Source: a virus
IMG/VR virus record: IMGVR_UViG_3300045988_173429
DNA length: 57,077 bases
Strand: one strand, 5' to 3'
Position 1 is the first letter of the stretch; every line of letters starts with the position of its first letter. The notes below the pieces were generated by a model that was not told the origin of the DNA, ran no database searches, and worked only from the letters and a program-made list of their open reading frames with translations. The position numbers and the translations under genes are program-made. Below are positions 53,357 to 57,077 of this stretch, one piece after another.

Positions 53357-53984
53357 ATTTCGATTTTTTATATTGTAGATACATATCTATTACTGTTTGT
53401 AATTCAACTGACCCTATCTTGTAAAGGCTTTCCATTAACCGAGATACGGAGAAGTTTTGCTTTTTCTGTTTTGCATCCTTCTCCTTTTCTTCTATAAAAG
53501 CATACAATTTGTTCATGGACTCATCATTGTTCAGAAAGTCCGGTCGAAAAATCTTACGTGCGTCCAGATTAGTCTTTGGCGCATCTGCTGTATTTACTTG
53601 CAAGTTGGATGCTTTGTTTGCATCATCATCATCGTCTATATTTAGGTTCAAGATAGAGCCGATAGCATATCTACGCTGGTAAGTAATACAAGACCCTATG
53701 CTTTGAGGATCATTCTTTACAGGACGCATAGCGTATGACGATAAAATCCATTCACCGGAGTTGTGCATAAGTATTGTTTCTAACTCATTCTCTCCTTTAG
53801 GCATCTGCATAATAGAAAGCCCGCATTCTGACAATGGTTTTTGTATCACATCCAGTATGTCTGCCAGTGAGGCATATTTACTTTTAAAGTAGGGATTTTT
53901 GCTGTCTTTTTTCACCTTTCCAACCTCTTGCTGGAATTTACAGAGAGCATTGGCAATCTCTTTTATCGATTCTGATCTTTCCAT
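53346..53984 (-). CDS. erf: ERF-family single-strand annealing recombinase
   Basis: From MERSESIKEIANAL. NPYFKSKYASLADILDVIQKPLSECGL...ITYQRRYAIGSILNLNIDDDDD. Confidence 0.8.
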   Translation of the reverse strand: MERSESIKEIANALCKFQQEVGKVKKDSKNPYFKSKYASLADILDVIQKPLSECGLSIMQMPKGENELETILMHNSGEWILSSYAMRPVKNDPQSIGSCITYQRRYAIGSILNLNIDDDDDANKASNLQVNTADAPKTNLDARKIFRPDFLNNDESMNKLYAFIEEKEKDAKQKKQNFSVSRLMESLYKIGSVELQTVIDMYLQYKKSKYGE

Positions 53985-54001
53985 ATTATAAATGTTTAAT
54001 G

Positions 54002-54070
54002 TGTGGATGCTAGGGAATCGAACCCCTTTCTTCCCCGGTAGGGGACGCTTTACCATTAAGCTATGCGCCC
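54002..54070 (-). ncRNA. tRNA-like element 2: D-arm and T-arm present, tetraloop 'anticodon' hairpin, unpaired acceptor
   Basis: Minus-strand sequence: GGGCGCA-TA-GCTT-AATGGTA-AAGC-G-TCCCC-TACC-GGGGA-AGAA-AGGGG-TTCGATT-CCCTA-GCATCCA. Ends 17 nt before the erf ATG. Confidence 0.45.
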
Positions 54071-54147
54071 TGTTGCCTGCCTCCTGGCGGTAATTGTTCC
54101 CGGATAACCTATCAAAGTACACCGGGATGTTGTTTGAAATAATAAAT

Positions 54148-54194
54148 GGAAACAAAATAACCGGTCTCTCACCGGACGCTGTCCTTTAACAGCG
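54148..54194 (-). terminator. two adjacent hairpins followed by a U-tract (weak terminator) in the erf leader
   Basis: Minus-strand sequence: CGCTGT-N6-ACAGCG, then CCGGT-GAGAG-ACCGG, then TTATTTTGTTT. Confidence 0.4.
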
Positions 54195-54336
54195 GAGTTG
54201 ATTAATTAAACATTGATTATTAATACTCACCCTACCGTGCTCCTGCCTACCGGACCATTGCAAATGTCAAGGTCTACCACTTTCAAGATTTGCGGTTGCC
54301 GATCTGAGGCGAGGTTTACACCTCGGATGCTTATTC

Positions 54337-54356
54337 CTTTCGTGATTTGAGCTATT
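54337..54356 (-). other. conserved 20-mer, copy 2
   Basis: Identical to 45610..45629. Confidence 0.8.
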
Positions 54357-54371
54357 CCGACTCAGTTCTAT

Positions 54372-54539
54372 TTATCTATGAGTTTTCTTATTCTTGTTTT
54401 TCTTTCTCCGCTTGGCAATAGCTTTTCGGTTATTTCCCTCTTTAGTAGATGAGCCTTTCCAGGCATAAGGACCTCTATCTAAAGCCTCTTCATTTGGCAC
54501 TATATGATATACACTATCTTTATCATAATAATTTCCCAT
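54372..54539 (-). CDS. small protein with basic tail (55 aa)
   Basis: MGNYYDKDSVYHIVPNEEALDRGPYAWKGSSTKEGNNRKAIAKRRKKNKNKKTHR. GGAGGAAGG lies upstream. Confidence 0.4.
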   Translation of the reverse strand: MGNYYDKDSVYHIVPNEEALDRGPYAWKGSSTKEGNNRKAIAKRRKKNKNKKTHR

Positions 54540-54690
54540 AACCTTCCTCCTTTCCGTATTGCTTGTTAAATGCGGAATCCGCTTGTTGAAACTGTTTTAC
54601 AAACCGGTTTGGCTTACTTGTAATTACCACTTTCTGCGGTGTGCATCCGGCGAGCATGGCCAGCAGGCACATGATTGTTACTATCTTCAT
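54523..54690 (-). CDS. small lipoprotein (55 aa)
   Basis: MKIVTIMCLLAMLAGC lipobox. Confidence 0.5.
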   Translation of the reverse strand: MKIVTIMCLLAMLAGCTPQKVVITSKPNRFVKQFQQADSAFNKQYGKEEGYGKLL

Positions 54691-54696
54691 TTCTTT

Positions 54697-55533
54697 TTAA
54701 AATTGAATTTTCTGTTGTAGAACTTCGTCAGCATAAAACTGATCGAAGCCTTTATCACTTATCCACCAGTTGAAGCCAAATTCCGCATCGGTAAAATTGT
54801 GATTGATATATCCGGCATCAATGAGTTTTTGAATTGTTTGTACCCATTTCCTACGAACATGAGGAAACCGCTTTATATCTTTCATCTTTTGTTTTCGGTT
54901 TGCCATCGGGCAAAGAATACAACCTATTCGCTTATATCCTTCATCGTACAAAGAACAGTGTTCTATTCCATTTCCATTCAGAAAGCCCCACACATCTCTG
55001 TCTGTCCAATGGATAATCGGAGAAACAAGAATCTTGTCCTTACCTTTAACACAAGTAACCATCTTTTCTTTATGCTCAGAAAATTGGTCGAAGTTCCCGC
55101 TGAATTTACGGCCGCTAATCTCAATTTCTTCACGTTTGGAACGCTGCACACTTTCAGTTTTACGAATGCCGATCAAGGTAACTTTCCCTGCACCGGACAT
55201 TTCTTTAAATTCAGCGCAACACCAGCGAAACGTCCTTGTTGGAATAAAGTGCTTCTTTAGAGCCATATCATAAACCGACATCGTTGGCTTTATCAGCTCT
55301 ACATCCGGATAGTTCTGTTTCACAAACCGAATGACTTCCGGAGGGTCAACAGATGTAAGATTCATGTGAGCCTTAAACTTTACACCAGCCATCTTTGCGA
55401 TGTGATAAAGTGCTTGACTATCTTTTCCACCGGAAAAGGCCAAATAAAAGCCATTCTCCGGATCATAATCAAGCGCCATCTTCTCGCACTTACGCAGCAG
55501 TGCAATGGAGTAGTTTATTTTGTCCTGTAACAT
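54697..55533 (-). CDS. PAPS reductase-family (PP-loop) protein
   Basis: FYLAFSGGKDSQALYHIA PP-loop. C-terminal CILCPMA cysteine motif. Confidence 0.85.
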   Translation of the reverse strand: MLQDKINYSIALLRKCEKMALDYDPENGFYLAFSGGKDSQALYHIAKMAGVKFKAHMNLTSVDPPEVIRFVKQNYPDVELIKPTMSVYDMALKKHFIPTRTFRWCCAEFKEMSGAGKVTLIGIRKTESVQRSKREEIEISGRKFSGNFDQFSEHKEKMVTCVKGKDKILVSPIIHWTDRDVWGFLNGNGIEHCSLYDEGYKRIGCILCPMANRKQKMKDIKRFPHVRRKWVQTIQKLIDAGYINHNFTDAEFGFNWWISDKGFDQFYADEVLQQKIQF

Positions 55534-55547
55534 TGTCTGTTTATTTG

Positions 55548-55784
55548 TTATGAATCAGATAAATATTTTATCAAACTCTCTTTGTCTTTAAAAAGTCTTT
55601 TATCCCATTTGGGATAATTATTTCTGGGTACACTAAGTCCATCTGACAGCTTATAAACCATAAGAAAACTATCATCAGTATAGGATATTTCGATGATTAT
55701 TTTGCTTATAGTTGTATGGATAATGTTATCCCCGCTCAGATAGCATACGCTATCTCCTACGTTAAATTCAGTATCTATATTCAT
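55548..55784 (-). CDS. hypothetical protein
   Basis: 78-aa ORF. Confidence 0.55.
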   Translation of the reverse strand: MNIDTEFNVGDSVCYLSGDNIIHTTISKIIIEISYTDDSFLMVYKLSDGLSVPRNNYPKWDKRLFKDKESLIKYLSDS

Positions 55785-55790
55785 ACCTTT

Positions 55791-56036
55791 TTAAAATTTC
55801 ATCTTTTCCAATGCTTCTATCTGTTTTTTCAAAGAAGCAATCTTTTTTAATCTCATCTTCTCGGCTCTTTCCATAGCCTGTTCTTTTGTCTTAAAACATT
55901 CCTTGCCTAAAGAATAACTCGAAAACTCTTCTTTCACGTATGCTCTTATATGTCCATTTCCATAATCGCATATTTCCGCTTCTTTTTCCAATATACCTTT
56001 TGTTAAGGCATATTTAGTTATAAAAACTTTTTCCAT
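55791..56036 (-). CDS. hypothetical protein
   Basis: 81-aa ORF. Confidence 0.55.
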   Translation of the reverse strand: MEKVFITKYALTKGILEKEAEICDYGNGHIRAYVKEEFSSYSLGKECFKTKEQAMERAEKMRLKKIASLKKQIEALEKMKF

Positions 56037-56051
56037 ACTTTTTATTGTTAA

Positions 56052-56651
56052 TCAATACTTCTTTCCGTGCATTACAGGTCTGAGTGTGTTGTATTTCATC
56101 TTCTGGTCAATATGCCAAAGAAGATCAATACCCAATATATCAGCATGTAAGAATATTATCACTATAGATGATCTGACAACATCTTCAATACTTTCTCTGC
56201 TTGTTAAAAGAGAACATAGGCAGAATATTATTTCAGTAAAGCTCATCTCTTTAATCTGATATTTCCATTTGGTTAATTCAATATTATCCTTGAATTTACC
56301 CAATAATGGCTCTTGTAATTCCGATAGATCAATTGAACGAATTCCTGCAAGGTCAAGGAGGCGAATAACTATATCAGCTAATTCTTCTTCAACGGTTCCT
56401 TTAATATCGGCTCTGTAAGCTTTCAGAAACCAATCGTCCCGAACAATGCCTTGATAGGCATTTTTTATGCAGGTTTCGAAGCCTATCATATTGGCTCTGC
56501 TATCATTTCTATCTGCTTCAACCGCTTCCATCAGTTCGCTGATAACAAGACAAAGGAGATGCTCATTGCTCCAGTCGGCATCGTGAAAACCATGATCTCG
56601 TGCAATTTTGTATGCCCGGTCGCGGAGTTCGTTTAAATTAATTGTACTCAT
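56052..56651 (-). CDS. MazG-like nucleotide pyrophosphohydrolase
   Basis: ARDHGFHD...LVISELMEAVEADR...EEELADIVIRLLDLAG. Confidence 0.55.
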   Translation of the reverse strand: MSTINLNELRDRAYKIARDHGFHDADWSNEHLLCLVISELMEAVEADRNDSRANMIGFETCIKNAYQGIVRDDWFLKAYRADIKGTVEEELADIVIRLLDLAGIRSIDLSELQEPLLGKFKDNIELTKWKYQIKEMSFTEIIFCLCSLLTSRESIEDVVRSSIVIIFLHADILGIDLLWHIDQKMKYNTLRPVMHGKKY

Positions 56652-56710
56652 ATTGGTGATTACCTGTTTAATGTTGATACTCCCCCATTCCCTCTGATTC
56701 TGTTTTTCTT

Positions 56711-57077
56711 CTACCGACCGAACACCTCTTTGAATTTGTTGTCTAAAGCATTAAGTATTCTAACCCTTATTGTCGGATCACAACTTATATTATCAATCGA
56801 ATAGATTCTAGCGAGAAGTTGTTCTCTTGAACCGCAGAAACATCCACAAGTATAAAAAGGGGCGATTTGGGGGTAATTGTGTTTATACCACATATGATTA
56901 GTTCCTTTTACCGCCACATAGTTTTTAGTGACTACGAAATCGTAGGTTGTTTCTTTATAACCCGGTGTGTTAGGGTTCCCGGCAGCGCTATAGCGGACAC
57001 TCCAGTCGCTATCCTTAGCCAGTTCAGTTAACACTTCTACCGGTGTGTTAGGGTTCCCGGCAGCGCTACGGCGGACA
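56711..57077 (-). CDS. LRV/HEAT-like repeat protein, C-terminal part
   Basis: The frame is open to the window end. Non-repeat C-terminal domain with a CGCFCG motif. Joins 1..402. Confidence 0.7.
   Translation of the reverse strand, partial: VRRSAAGNPNTPVEVLTELAKDSDWSVRYSAAGNPNTPGYKETTYDFVVTKNYVAVKGTNHMWYKHNYPQIAPFYTCGCFCGSREQLLARIYSIDNISCDPTIRVRILNALDNKFKEVFGR
56962..57077. repeat. 78-bp repeat family, copies at the right end
   Basis: Partial copy from 56962, then 57023..57077, which equals 1..55. Confidence 0.9.
57023..57077. repeat. 55-nt terminal overlap with 1..55 (circular assembly signature)
   Basis: Exact identity by direct comparison. Confidence 0.95.

Overview
The window is a complete, circularly permuted temperate siphovirus-type phage genome. 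The last 55 nt (57023..57077) repeat the first 55 nt, so the unique length is about 57,022 bp. The host is probably a Bacteroidales bacterium; this is inferred from TAnnTTTG promoter boxes, many lipoprotein signals, a DUF3127-type SSB and a Bacteroides-type tyrosine integrase.

Layout:
- Lysogeny block: CI-like repressor, Cro-like gene, lipoprotein moron, attP carrying the 3' part of a tRNA, integrase.
- Leftward early operon with a Rha/KilAC antirepressor.
- Accessory island: HEPN, unknown and SecB-like three-gene operon, plus a three-gene minus-strand unit.
- Plus-strand late block, 11.0-40.5 kb: TerS, TerL, portal, protease, HK97 capsid, tail, 1105-aa tape measure, collagen-like fibre, lysis genes.
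- GC-rich late accessory cluster of unknown function, 41.2-44.5 kb.
- Long minus-strand early operon that crosses the contig junction: LRV-repeat protein, MazG-like, PAPS-reductase-like, ERF, SSB, NinB-like, RuvC-like, replication initiator with internal iterons, DnaB, YopX.

Most interesting observations:
- Three copies of a promoter-like box + AGAGCCTAAGAGCC + covarying terminator hairpin in front of late gene blocks.
- A candidate toxin-antitoxin-chaperone module.
- Three tRNA-like elements without a normal anticodon loop punctuating the early operon.
- About 540 nt of structured non-coding DNA after the cro-like genes.

I saw no CRISPR array, rRNA, canonical tRNA, reverse transcriptase or transposase.
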